Of a stretch of 64,000 bases of DNA, positions 27,980 to 36,814 are shown in pieces. Every line of letters starts with the position of its first letter. The stretch's first letter is position 1. The position numbers and the translations under genes were made by a program. The notes under the pieces were generated by a model. The model was not told the DNA's origin and did not search any database. It saw only the letters and a list, made by a program, of their open reading frames with translations. This stretch comes from Planctomycetota bacterium (lineage in GTDB: Bacteria > Planctomycetota > Phycisphaerae > WQYP01): NCBI GenBank assembly GCA_021800165.1, contig JAJYZF010000015.1, positions 1,905 to 65,904 on the forward strand, in the 5' to 3' direction.

Positions 27980-30900
27980 TTGTCAAAGACGTTAAAATCA
28001 GTTGTATTTTGCGCAGCAGTGTTGATGGTGTCCTGGGCCGACGGCAGCCGATGTGTGGCCGCCACCCGCTCGACCGCGACTAAGACGCTGGCGGCTCAAC
28101 GGCTGCTGCAAATGGTGGTGTTGAATCCGGGCCGGATGAATGCGGATGGGCTGCGTTTTCGCCCGCAACTGGTGCGGGTGTCCAAACTTTATGCGGAGAA
28201 GCACTACCGCCGGGCCTTGGCTGTTTTTTACCGGTATTATCTAAATAAGTTTGCGGCTCCGCAGCATTATGGCCTGCCCAGCGCATTGGCGAGTCCGTAT
28301 CTGGCGTGGGGTTGCCGGCCAATTTGGTGTGTGCCGCCGCTGTTTAGCACACATACACCGATCAAAGCCGTTGTGGCGGCGGCCAATGAATTGGTGAAGG
28401 GCCGCATGAACCTGGGCGGCAAGGAGGTGACCATTGGCGCTCCGGGCACGGTCAATTGGAATAATCCATTTCCCGCCGGCCAGCGTGTACCGGCCATGTT
28501 AAAGAATCCACAACTGCATCATTGGCAGGTGAGTCCGTATCCAGCATTGATAACGCTGGGTGGATTTAATCCGCTGGTGCAAGCGTACATGCTGACCCAT
28601 AAAAAGGTGTACTTGACGACCTGGGTGGCATACGTGCGAGATTGGTGCGCCCATTGCCATTACTTGGAACAAATCAATCCGCTCTTTGTGCCGGATGGCA
28701 TCAACGCCCAAATCGGTGCGTTGCCCATCAGCTTTATGCGATTGTTGGAAGGGATCAAAAGTGTGAATCCGGATATCCAGCGATACGTGACGCCAGCGCT
28801 TTTTGCCAAGGCTTTGCGTAAAATGTATCTGGAATGCTTGCTGCCCAGTGTCGCCTATATTCGCTCCAACACGCACAACTGGACCCCAGCTTCCAGTGCC
28901 GGCCTTATTAACCTGATTGTTTTTGACGAGTTTGGCGGCTCGGCCACGTTGTTTCGTAATATTCTCCGGCGCACCATTGAAAATGTTGAAACTACGGAAG
29001 CGTTTCGCGACGGCTCGGAGACGCAGGAAGACCCTTGGTACGACGGGCTGGATTATGCCAATATCTGGTGGATGATGCGACTGCTGGATTCGCGCCAACT
29101 GATGGTTCCACCCTGGCAAATGATTTCATGGGAAGCGGCGGTGGCCAACAACCCCTTTTTCCATCAGGATGTGCAGCGGCTGCTGCGCCGCAAAAATACG
29201 TTTTTAACGCATCTGCAAACGCCGCAGGGGCAATGGCCTATCACGTTCCGGGGCGACCAGCGTCGGGCGGGTGCAATGCCCTATCCGTATTCGCCCCAAG
29301 CCTGGAACAATCCCGTGAATGCCGCAATCATGGCGGTCATTTATAACCCCGCTTCGGGTATTGTGCCGCCGTATACCTGCGACTGGTTTCCGTACATTGG
29401 CGTGGCGATTATCCGTGATGGCTGGAAGCCCACGAGTTGCTATGGAGCCTTATTTTGCTCGCCGCATCCGCCCGGCTACGGGGCTTTTCGTGGTCGCAGC
29501 GATAACAATAGCTTTGGTTTGGCGGCTTATGGGCAGGATTTGCTGGTGAACAATACCACCGGCCATTATATGTACCCTACTTCGCCCATAAAAGTAAACG
29601 GTTTTAACCAGTTCTTTGAAGCGGGCATTTATAAAGTTCCACCGCCGGAGGCCCACAAGGCCTACGAAGTTCACGCCTGGCATAAACCCGCGCCGTGGCT
29701 GTGGTATGCTTCGCCCACGTTGAACCTGGCCGAAGGCATATACGCCGGGCGGTGGGGAGATTTGCGGCATCCGCGCACCGTGGCCGGCCCGTACGGCCCG
29801 GACCAAAGCATGCAGGGCACCTTGACCAAAGCCCAAACCTTTGGCGGGGTGACCTTCCAGCGGCAGGTGATGCAGGTACGCCGGGCCAAGCTGTGGATTA
29901 TCACCGATCGCCTGTTAAGCAAAAAGTCCAATCACTACACGCAAATCTGGCGTTTTCCGGTGCCGCCAACGCCGTCCTCATTCCCGACGGCGTTTAAGCT
30001 GGCGGATATTCATATTAACGCAGCAACCAAGTCCATCACCACGGACGAGCCTAATGGTCGGTTCAAGCCTTATCGCAATGCCCGATGGCAGCCGATTCCC
30101 AAGGCCAATGTGCAACTCTTGCAGTTTACCTTGGCTCACTTGGCGTATTCCTCCAAGTTGATCGTGCAGCCGCCGATGGTTTGGAAAACGCGCAAGCTTT
30201 ATTTTCATTCAAACCTGGATCGCGTCGCTGTGAAATGGCATGGCAGCGGCAATCAGCAAATTGTTACGGCGATTTTAGTGGAGCCGCCAGGGGCCACCCA
30301 AGGGCTGAAAGATATTCATCAACTCAAGAGCGGCAAGCAGGGGATAGGATTTCGGGCCGTGACGCCCGATGGCCTTCACGTGGCCTATCTGGCGTCGCCG
30401 ACGGCAAATGATGTTTTATCTTTGCCGCGGATAACCGTGCATGGGCAGGCGCTGCTTCTGGCGGGAAGTCGGGGTATGGCCTTGGGTTGCCGTGCCATTA
30501 GCGTAGGAGGTACGGCGGTGCATGTGGGCTATCGGAACTTTGCTTTCCGTCTCATTGGCGGCAAGCTGACCGATGTGCAGGCAATTCATCGCCCCATCGT
30601 GCCGGTCAAAATTATGCCCAATACTACCGCGTTTGTCGGCCATCTTAAAGTGACGCTTAGCACGCCAACCGCGGGCGTGGTGATTCGTTACACCACCAAC
30701 GGGGCCAATCCAACACCGCAATCGACGTTGTATACCGACCCGTTTATGATTGATCACACTGCCAAGGTGCAAGCGCGGGCTTACCGGCCGGGGGTAACAT
30801 CCAATCCCATGACCTTAAGTGGCATAAACGCCACTCCCGCCACCGAAGCGGTCTTTCACAAAATTGGTGTATTGCCGGCGCTGCCCGTCTGGATGGCAAG

Positions 30901-31465
30901 AGTTTGCAAGCCCGGGGTGACGTGTAGTTATTATCAGGCCGGTTGGCAACAGATGTGGTTGAACCTGGTGAATTTGAAACCGCGGAAAACCGGTGTGGTA
31001 AGTCACTTGTGGGATATGAAATTTATTCCCGCCGACAATCCGCGGGTGGGTAAGGCCGCAGCTCCGCGGAAGAAGTATTATGCCCTTGTTTACCAGGGTT
31101 ATTTGAATGTACCGGCGACTGGGGTGTATACGTTCCATGCGCCCAAGGTGTATTACATCGCCAGCACGGATCCCGGCTATCAGTTGCGGGTGTATGTGGG
31201 GAATAATCTTGCCGAGTGGCAGCCATCGGAGCGGGTCCATGCATTTGGCAACTGGAGCGTTGCTTTGGCCAAAGGTTTCCAGCGGTTCAAAATAGTGTAT
31301 ATCGATTACCGTAGCAATTCGCCGCAGCGGCTGAATTACCCCGGCATTCGCGACTACATCTGGAACGGGGTAAAGCCGAACCTGGAGATTTCCGGTCCGG
31401 GCATTAAAAAACAGCCGATTCCCGCGGCTTGGCTGGAATACCGCCCACATAAGCCGCGCAGGTGA
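27980..31465 (+). CDS. Secreted 1161-aa protein: heparinase II/III-like (alpha/alpha toroid lyase-like) region, chitobiase/FN3-associated domain, C-terminal PA14 domain
   Basis: TTG start with a signal peptide (VVFCAAVLMVSWADG). SNTHNWTPAS is an N-H pair as seen in the lyase fold. VIRYTTNGANPTPQSTLYTDPF is of CHB_HEX_C type. YQGYLNVPATGVYTFHAP...YQLRVYVGN is PA14-like. Confidence 0.6.
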   Translation: MSKTLKSVVFCAAVLMVSWADGSRCVAATRSTATKTLAAQRLLQMVVLNPGRMNADGLRFRPQLVRVSKLYAEKHYRRALAVFYRYYLNKFAAPQHYGLPSALASPYLAWGCRPIWCVPPLFSTHTPIKAVVAAANELVKGRMNLGGKEVTIGAPGTVNWNNPFPAGQRVPAMLKNPQLHHWQVSPYPALITLGGFNPLVQAYMLTHKKVYLTTWVAYVRDWCAHCHYLEQINPLFVPDGINAQIGALPISFMRLLEGIKSVNPDIQRYVTPALFAKALRKMYLECLLPSVAYIRSNTHNWTPASSAGLINLIVFDEFGGSATLFRNILRRTIENVETTEAFRDGSETQEDPWYDGLDYANIWWMMRLLDSRQLMVPPWQMISWEAAVANNPFFHQDVQRLLRRKNTFLTHLQTPQGQWPITFRGDQRRAGAMPYPYSPQAWNNPVNAAIMAVIYNPASGIVPPYTCDWFPYIGVAIIRDGWKPTSCYGALFCSPHPPGYGAFRGRSDNNSFGLAAYGQDLLVNNTTGHYMYPTSPIKVNGFNQFFEAGIYKVPPPEAHKAYEVHAWHKPAPWLWYASPTLNLAEGIYAGRWGDLRHPRTVAGPYGPDQSMQGTLTKAQTFGGVTFQRQVMQVRRAKLWIITDRLLSKKSNHYTQIWRFPVPPTPSSFPTAFKLADIHINAATKSITTDEPNGRFKPYRNARWQPIPKANVQLLQFTLAHLAYSSKLIVQPPMVWKTRKLYFHSNLDRVAVKWHGSGNQQIVTAILVEPPGATQGLKDIHQLKSGKQGIGFRAVTPDGLHVAYLASPTANDVLSLPRITVHGQALLLAGSRGMALGCRAISVGGTAVHVGYRNFAFRLIGGKLTDVQAIHRPIVPVKIMPNTTAFVGHLKVTLSTPTAGVVIRYTTNGANPTPQSTLYTDPFMIDHTAKVQARAYRPGVTSNPMTLSGINATPATEAVFHKIGVLPALPVWMARVCKPGVTCSYYQAGWQQMWLNLVNLKPRKTGVVSHLWDMKFIPADNPRVGKAAAPRKKYYALVYQGYLNVPATGVYTFHAPKVYYIASTDPGYQLRVYVGNNLAEWQPSERVHAFGNWSVALAKGFQRFKIVYIDYRSNSPQRLNYPGIRDYIWNGVKPNLEISGPGIKKQPIPAAWLEYRPHKPRR

Positions 31466-31507
31466 GCGCTACGTGCGCTGGTACACCCAAGTGAAAGGAG
31501 TATTCCC

Positions 31508-32884
31508 TTGCGATTTTACAAATTGCCAACCATGGTCTGGGTCTTGGTGCCGCTGCTGTTGGTGGCGGGCGCAAGTGCCGCTGGCTCTGCGCGAAAAGCC
31601 CATACTGCTGATATGCACTGGTGGAAACAGGCCCGTTTTGGCATGTTTATCCACTGGGGTATCTACAGCCAAGCGGCGGGATATTGGCACGGTAAGCCCA
31701 TCAAAGGTGACGGCGCATGGATTATGGATAAGGCCCGTCTGACACGTAAGAAATATGGCCCGCTGGCGGGGCAATTTGATCCGGTGGATTTTAACGCCGA
31801 TCGTTGGGTGGAACTGGCTCGCCAGGCGGGAATGAAATACATTGTCATTACCGCCAAGCATCATGACGGATTTTGCATGTTCCGCACGCGGGCCACGCAC
31901 TATAATGTGGTGCAGGATACGCCGTGGCATCAAGATCCTCTGGCACAACTGGCTCGGGCGTGCAAAAAGTATGGCGTGCGTTTTTGTGTTTATTATTCCG
32001 TACAAGATTGGCACAGCCGCTACACGCTGCCGGCGGTCGGTGAGCCTGACCACGGGTATCCGCGGTGGCAGCCCATGCGATTTACCGCTCATGGCGGAGC
32101 CGAAAAGTATGTCCAGTATATGGAAAGACAGGTGGGCGAAATTATCCGCCAATACCATCCGGGTCTGCTGTGGTTTGATAATTCCGTCACCCGATCGTGG
32201 ACTACGCCCCGCGGGCAGCACGTAGCTGGTTGGACGCGCCACGATGCATCCCAAGTGTTTCATTTTGTGCGGCGGATTGATCCGACGGTGATTATTAATA
32301 ACCGGCTTGGTTACGGCTTTGGAGATTATAAGACCCCGGAGGAGTATGTACCGCCGGGTGGCCTGCCTGGGGCATGGGAAACATGCATGACCATCAACTG
32401 GACCTGGGGCTACAAACGCGATGACCATCATTGGAAGTCGGTGCCGTTGTTGATTAAGAATTTGATCCGGTGCGCCAGCGGCGGTGGCAATTTTGTCCTC
32501 AATGTAGGCCCTACCGGCAAGGGTGTCATCCCACAACCGGAGGTGCGGCGGCTATTGGCCATTGGCAAATGGCTGAAGACCAACGGCCAAGCCATTTACG
32601 GCACACACCGTACGCCATTTGCAAAAAGTTTGCCGTTTGGCTACGCCACGCAAAAACCGGGGAAAATATTTTTGGCGGTCACCCGGTGGCCGCACCGGCG
32701 ACCTCTGCTGGTACCGATGGCTAATAAAATAAAGCGGGTGTATGTGATGGGCTTCCCGCAGATGCAGGTAAAGGCGCGCAGCAGCCCGCATGGCCAATTG
32801 TTGTACCTGCCCGCCACCATGCCGGAGCGGGTGGCGGCCGTCATTGTGCTGAAAATATCGGGCCCGCCGCAGCCGATTCGGTAG
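31508..32884 (+). CDS. Alpha-L-fucosidase (GH29), secreted
   Basis: Signal peptide MVWVLVPLLLVAGASAAGS. Motifs FGMFIHWGIYS, MKYIVITAKHHDGFCMF and GLLWFDNS. Confidence 0.9.
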   Translation: MRFYKLPTMVWVLVPLLLVAGASAAGSARKAHTADMHWWKQARFGMFIHWGIYSQAAGYWHGKPIKGDGAWIMDKARLTRKKYGPLAGQFDPVDFNADRWVELARQAGMKYIVITAKHHDGFCMFRTRATHYNVVQDTPWHQDPLAQLARACKKYGVRFCVYYSVQDWHSRYTLPAVGEPDHGYPRWQPMRFTAHGGAEKYVQYMERQVGEIIRQYHPGLLWFDNSVTRSWTTPRGQHVAGWTRHDASQVFHFVRRIDPTVIINNRLGYGFGDYKTPEEYVPPGGLPGAWETCMTINWTWGYKRDDHHWKSVPLLIKNLIRCASGGGNFVLNVGPTGKGVIPQPEVRRLLAIGKWLKTNGQAIYGTHRTPFAKSLPFGYATQKPGKIFLAVTRWPHRRPLLVPMANKIKRVYVMGFPQMQVKARSSPHGQLLYLPATMPERVAAVIVLKISGPPQPIR

Positions 32885-32998
32885 AAACTCTTCACGTCGC
32901 CGGGGCGGCGCGGAGGCGGGTGCGGGGCCAGCCACTTGTGGTCTTGGTCAATCTATTCCAGAGGCGGGTGAAAATGACGGTGTCGCCGGTCTGAGCGG

Positions 32999-34300
32999 TC
33001 AGGTGTCTTTATGAGCCACCGCCTTAAACCACTGCACCAGCTTATAATTGGGTTGCCATTGGCCGTGTAAAGGCACCACCGTGGCGTTGGCATACAACAT
33101 GGTCAAAGCATACTGGGCATACTTGGCCGCACGTGCGGGATTGCCGGTTATTTTATACTGGCGTCCGCCGGAATAAGCGGAAAGCAGCACGCGGTTGCGG
33201 CACATCAATTGCCAGGCCTGTTGCATGAAGGTGGGGCTAAGTGGGGCGGTGGCCACAAAATCATTCCATTGATCCAGAGAGACGGGATGTTGCATGCAGG
33301 CCAAGGTGTAGGCGGCGTTGGTTTGTCCGACCGGTTGCTTCCAACGGGTGGTAAAATGACCCTCAAGGGGTTTGTTGATCCAACTGTCGAGCACTGGGAC
33401 CTGGCTCCATTCGGTACTCAAAAACGGCTTGTCCGTGAGCGTACGGGCAAAGGTCAGTTGCTTTTGCATCTGGGCAATATCCCTGACGTATAGATGCAGA
33501 TCCAAGGCGGAAATATCACTGTTGCGATTGGTCCATGCGCACAGCTCCCGGGTATAACCGGTGCAGGCTTTGATCCAGTTGGTTGAAGAGGGGTGGCAGG
33601 TCATCACCTGTTGGAGAATGTTCACGGCCGGGGCGGAAATGGGCAGGGTGGGGCGGATTTTGTGGATCTCCCGGGCCACGGCCGAATACCAGTCCAACAC
33701 TTTAATATGGCCGGTAGGCGATTGGTGCCAATTTGACTCATTGAGAAATGTTAATGGTTCGTTATCCAGGGTGACGTAGTAGAGTTGATCGCCCATGAGG
33801 TGCGTCAATTCCCGGACCAGGTGCAGCCATTGTTGGCCCCGGGGCGAAGTCACTTGCGGTATGGGCATGGGCTTTCCCCAATCGGCCCACAAAAACGTCA
33901 GTACGGTTTTGATGCCGGCCTTGTGCAAATCCCGCAGGAGCGCCAATGACCAGGGCCACTGCGCGTGGCCTGCCTGGGCCTGCTGCGCCTGCGGGAGTAT
34001 TTTTTGCAGCACTACAATGGGCACAATCAACCTTACCGCGTGGGCGTTGATGGCCTGCGCTTCCTTGAAGGACTGCACATCAAAGCCGCCAAAAATTGTC
34101 TTGGCCGAGGCAGGTTTCTTATGCGGCGGTTCCGCAGCACGCAGGGCCAAGGGGTACCCGGAAATGGCGGCACCGGCCGCGACCATCCCGCGTACAAAAT
34201 GACGCCGGGAAACGGGCCAAGCTGTGGGCACAAGATTACCGGCACGTGCTTGCGCGGATTGGGCCGGTGCGGAGTGTTGAGAAATTTCTGCGGTGGTCAT
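32999..34300 (-). CDS. TAT-exported (beta/alpha)8 clan-GH-A-like glycoside hydrolase candidate, family unassigned
   Basis: GGAGA lies 9 nt upstream of ATG 34300. Twin-arginine signal SRRHFVRGMVAAGAAI. LDNEPL is acid/base-like and LSTEWS is nucleophile-like, with spacing typical of beta4/beta7. Confidence 0.45.
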   Translation of the reverse strand: MTTAEISQHSAPAQSAQARAGNLVPTAWPVSRRHFVRGMVAAGAAISGYPLALRAAEPPHKKPASAKTIFGGFDVQSFKEAQAINAHAVRLIVPIVVLQKILPQAQQAQAGHAQWPWSLALLRDLHKAGIKTVLTFLWADWGKPMPIPQVTSPRGQQWLHLVRELTHLMGDQLYYVTLDNEPLTFLNESNWHQSPTGHIKVLDWYSAVAREIHKIRPTLPISAPAVNILQQVMTCHPSSTNWIKACTGYTRELCAWTNRNSDISALDLHLYVRDIAQMQKQLTFARTLTDKPFLSTEWSQVPVLDSWINKPLEGHFTTRWKQPVGQTNAAYTLACMQHPVSLDQWNDFVATAPLSPTFMQQAWQLMCRNRVLLSAYSGGRQYKITGNPARAAKYAQYALTMLYANATVVPLHGQWQPNYKLVQWFKAVAHKDT

Positions 34301-34493
34301 GAGGGTATTCTCCAACATTAATGTTTCCGATCTAACCGTTTCATAGTTATTGGGCCTGCTGTCAAGCGGCGAACATGGCGGCCCGACTGCGGTCGCCAAG
34401 CTTTCTTCGGCGGGTACGGACAGTTCTTGGCCGCTCTTGCCGCCCGAGCCGAACGACTAAATTATAACATAGGAGTATTATGTTGCAAGCAGT

Positions 34494-34573
34494 AAATATG
34501 GAATAAACTTATTCCATATTTTTGTAGAATTCCCAGATTTTTTGTTTGACATGTCGGTTGCGATATGTTAATC
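34494..34573 (+). promoter_or_regulatory. Upstream module copy C: 28-bp palindrome containing GGAAT-N6-ATTCC, AATTCCCA box, promoter TTGACA-17 nt-TAATCT
   Basis: The palindrome is AAATATGGAATAA-AC-TTATTCCATATTT at 34494..34521, and the box is at 34528..34535. The -35 hexamer is at 34545..34550 and the -10 hexamer at 34568..34573. It lies 131 nt upstream of ATG 34704. Confidence 0.6.
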
Positions 34574-34703
34574 TAAGAGCCGTCGGAGGTGGGCTATTGT
34601 GGCTTGCCGCAGTTTTATTGGTTTGGCCTGAACTGGGCCGGTCGCGATACGTAATGTATGTGTTGCCAGGTCTGGCGGGCTGATTTACAGAAAGGGTGCT
34701 GTT

Positions 34704-35507
34704 ATGAAGAGCACAAACCAAGCCAAAGGATTGAGATTGGGCCAGGGAATGGTATGGCTGGCGGGGGTGGTTTTGGCTGCGGGAATCGGAGCGGGTACGG
34801 CTTCGGCGACCATTATTCAAAGCTCGAACTTCAACGGGGGGTTGGGGAGCAACTTCACAATTAACACCGGCACGGGGTACACCGTTACCGATTCCGGCGC
34901 TGAGTCCGCGTTTACCAATGTCCCGGGCGGGAACAGCATGCAGTTGACCGATAACGGCAACGCCACGAATGGGGGAGCTACGGCGACAAGCTACCTGCAT
35001 TTGACGTCCGCAGAGGCGTCGGACAGTTTGCAGATTAGCTTCGACTTTGAGGATCTCCAAGCTGCGACTGACAATTACACGATGACATTGGCAAATTTCA
35101 GCGGGGCGAGGGATATCATCTTCAATATATGGACTGGCACCTCCGGCTCCACCTCCCAAATTAGCACAAACGCGAATACAGATAATTCAAGTACGGTGGA
35201 TCTGAACACGTGGTACCACGCCACCCTGTACGTGCCCCCGTCGGGATCTTACACTTCCGGTTGGGGTTACAAGGTTGTGGATACCAGTGGGACTGTGATT
35301 TCGCAGGCCAGCGGCTTGGGCTTTAAGACTATGCCCCCCGGCGCGTACGACGGCATCCAATTTCTTTTCAACAGCGTAACACCTACCGGCCAATACAATG
35401 TAGACAACGTCACAGTTGCGACGCCGGAACCGACGGCAATTTCGCTGCTGGCCCTGAGCGGTTTGGGCTTGCTGATTTTGAAGCCGCGCCGGCGGGCACG
35501 GGCGTAA
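34704..35507 (+). CDS. PEP-CTERM-anchored secreted protein (LamG/lectin-like beta-sandwich guess)
   Basis: Signal peptide GMVWLAGVVLAAGIGAGTASA. The C-terminus is PEPTAISLLALSGLGLLILKPRRRARA. The body is S/T/N/G-rich. Confidence 0.8.
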   Translation: MKSTNQAKGLRLGQGMVWLAGVVLAAGIGAGTASATIIQSSNFNGGLGSNFTINTGTGYTVTDSGAESAFTNVPGGNSMQLTDNGNATNGGATATSYLHLTSAEASDSLQISFDFEDLQAATDNYTMTLANFSGARDIIFNIWTGTSGSTSQISTNANTDNSSTVDLNTWYHATLYVPPSGSYTSGWGYKVVDTSGTVISQASGLGFKTMPPGAYDGIQFLFNSVTPTGQYNVDNVTVATPEPTAISLLALSGLGLLILKPRRRARA

Positions 35508-35580
35508 GATTTCTGGCCGGCTGCACCATTGGTGGTGGGGCTGGCGGTGCTGGTTCGGATGGGGATAGGTGAGTAGGATC

Positions 35581-35621
35581 AACGCCAAGACGATGGATTG
35601 GGGTTGGCGTTAGTTGGTTTT
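35581..35621 (+). terminator. Candidate intrinsic terminator (AACGCCAA-15 nt-TTGGCGTT then AGTTGGTTTT)
   Basis: An 8-bp perfect stem read directly, 74 nt after the PEP-CTERM stop codon, with a U-rich tail. Confidence 0.45.
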
Positions 35622-35764
35622 CGACCGGGGTTCCAAGCTCGGCCGCCAACATGTAGGCGATTGAAGGAACTTGATGGGTGGCTATAACCGCCACGGCAGG
35701 CAAGAAACGGTGCCAGGTAGGGGTGTAGTATAAGTCGGTCGTCTTACAGCTAAGGAGATTGGCC

Positions 35765-36787
35765 ATGAAATTACGTAGTATCACCGCCTTCACGCTCATT
35801 GAGTTACTGGTGGTTATTTCCATCATTGCGATTTTAATTGCGATATTGCTGCCGGCCTTGGCGGCGGCGCGGCAGGCCGCGGACAAGGTAGTGTGCGCTG
35901 CCAACCTGCGCAGCAATGTGCAGGCGATGATTACGTACGCCCAGGCAAATAATCAGATGTTTCCGGCGACGCCGGGGCCGTTGCCGGGTGATCAATTCGA
36001 CAATTTTCCCAGCCAGCCTACCTATTGGTACGCCGGCCAAACCGCCAATACGGTGATTAAGGATTGGTACGGCGGTGGCTATCCGGGCAGTTATGGCGCA
36101 CTGACCAAAAGCGATTGCGGCAATCCGCTGGCGTGCATGTGGCTGCTGGCGCTGGATGGCCAAACTGTGCCACAAACCTTTATCTGTCCATCTGATCCCA
36201 TCGCCTTGGCTCCATCGCTGTTATATATTCCTAAGAATCCTGGTGCCGGCGGAGCCTACGGCGATTTTTGCGTTACCGCCACCGTGGCCGCGACCGGCGG
36301 CAGTATCTACACGGGCGTGGGCGAAAGCTATTCCATTGCCTACCCGTGGCAAACCTCACCCACATCGGGCGCAGAACCGATCGGTAATTGGTGGATGAAT
36401 AACGGTTTGGCCAATGTGCCGCTGATGTGCGATATGGCCCCCGCCGACAATCAAAATGGGGTGAATACCAAAACCACTGTGGCCGACGATAGCGCAGGGC
36501 CTATTGTATTTAGTTCGGGGAATCATGATGGTACCGGCGAAAATGTGGCGTTTGGCGATGACCATGTGGTATGGGAAGATAATCCGTACTGCGGCCAGCA
36601 CCATGACAATATTTTTACCATGGATGTCATTGAGCCGCCTACGCCTGATGATCAAACCATTTCGTACGATCAGATTGGCGTCAATGAGGGTACGCCTTTC
36701 CTCTACACCGTTTCAGTGTTACCGCAGGAGCAGCCGTTTGACACGGTCATGGTTCCGGTGCGCAATACCACCAGCGCAACATGGTGA
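35765..36787 (+). CDS. DUF1559 protein with prepilin-type N-terminal cleavage/methylation domain
   Basis: AAGGAG lies 7 nt upstream of ATG 35765. The N-terminus is [30 protein letters not shown]. The C-terminal block HDGTGENVAFGDDHV is an H-X9-DG variant. Confidence 0.85.
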   Translation: MKLRSITAFTLIELLVVISIIAILIAILLPALAAARQAADKVVCAANLRSNVQAMITYAQANNQMFPATPGPLPGDQFDNFPSQPTYWYAGQTANTVIKDWYGGGYPGSYGALTKSDCGNPLACMWLLALDGQTVPQTFICPSDPIALAPSLLYIPKNPGAGGAYGDFCVTATVAATGGSIYTGVGESYSIAYPWQTSPTSGAEPIGNWWMNNGLANVPLMCDMAPADNQNGVNTKTTVADDSAGPIVFSSGNHDGTGENVAFGDDHVVWEDNPYCGQHHDNIFTMDVIEPPTPDDQTISYDQIGVNEGTPFLYTVSVLPQEQPFDTVMVPVRNTTSATW

Positions 36788-36814
36788 TAAGTCGCGATAT
36801 TCCGATCCAGAGGG

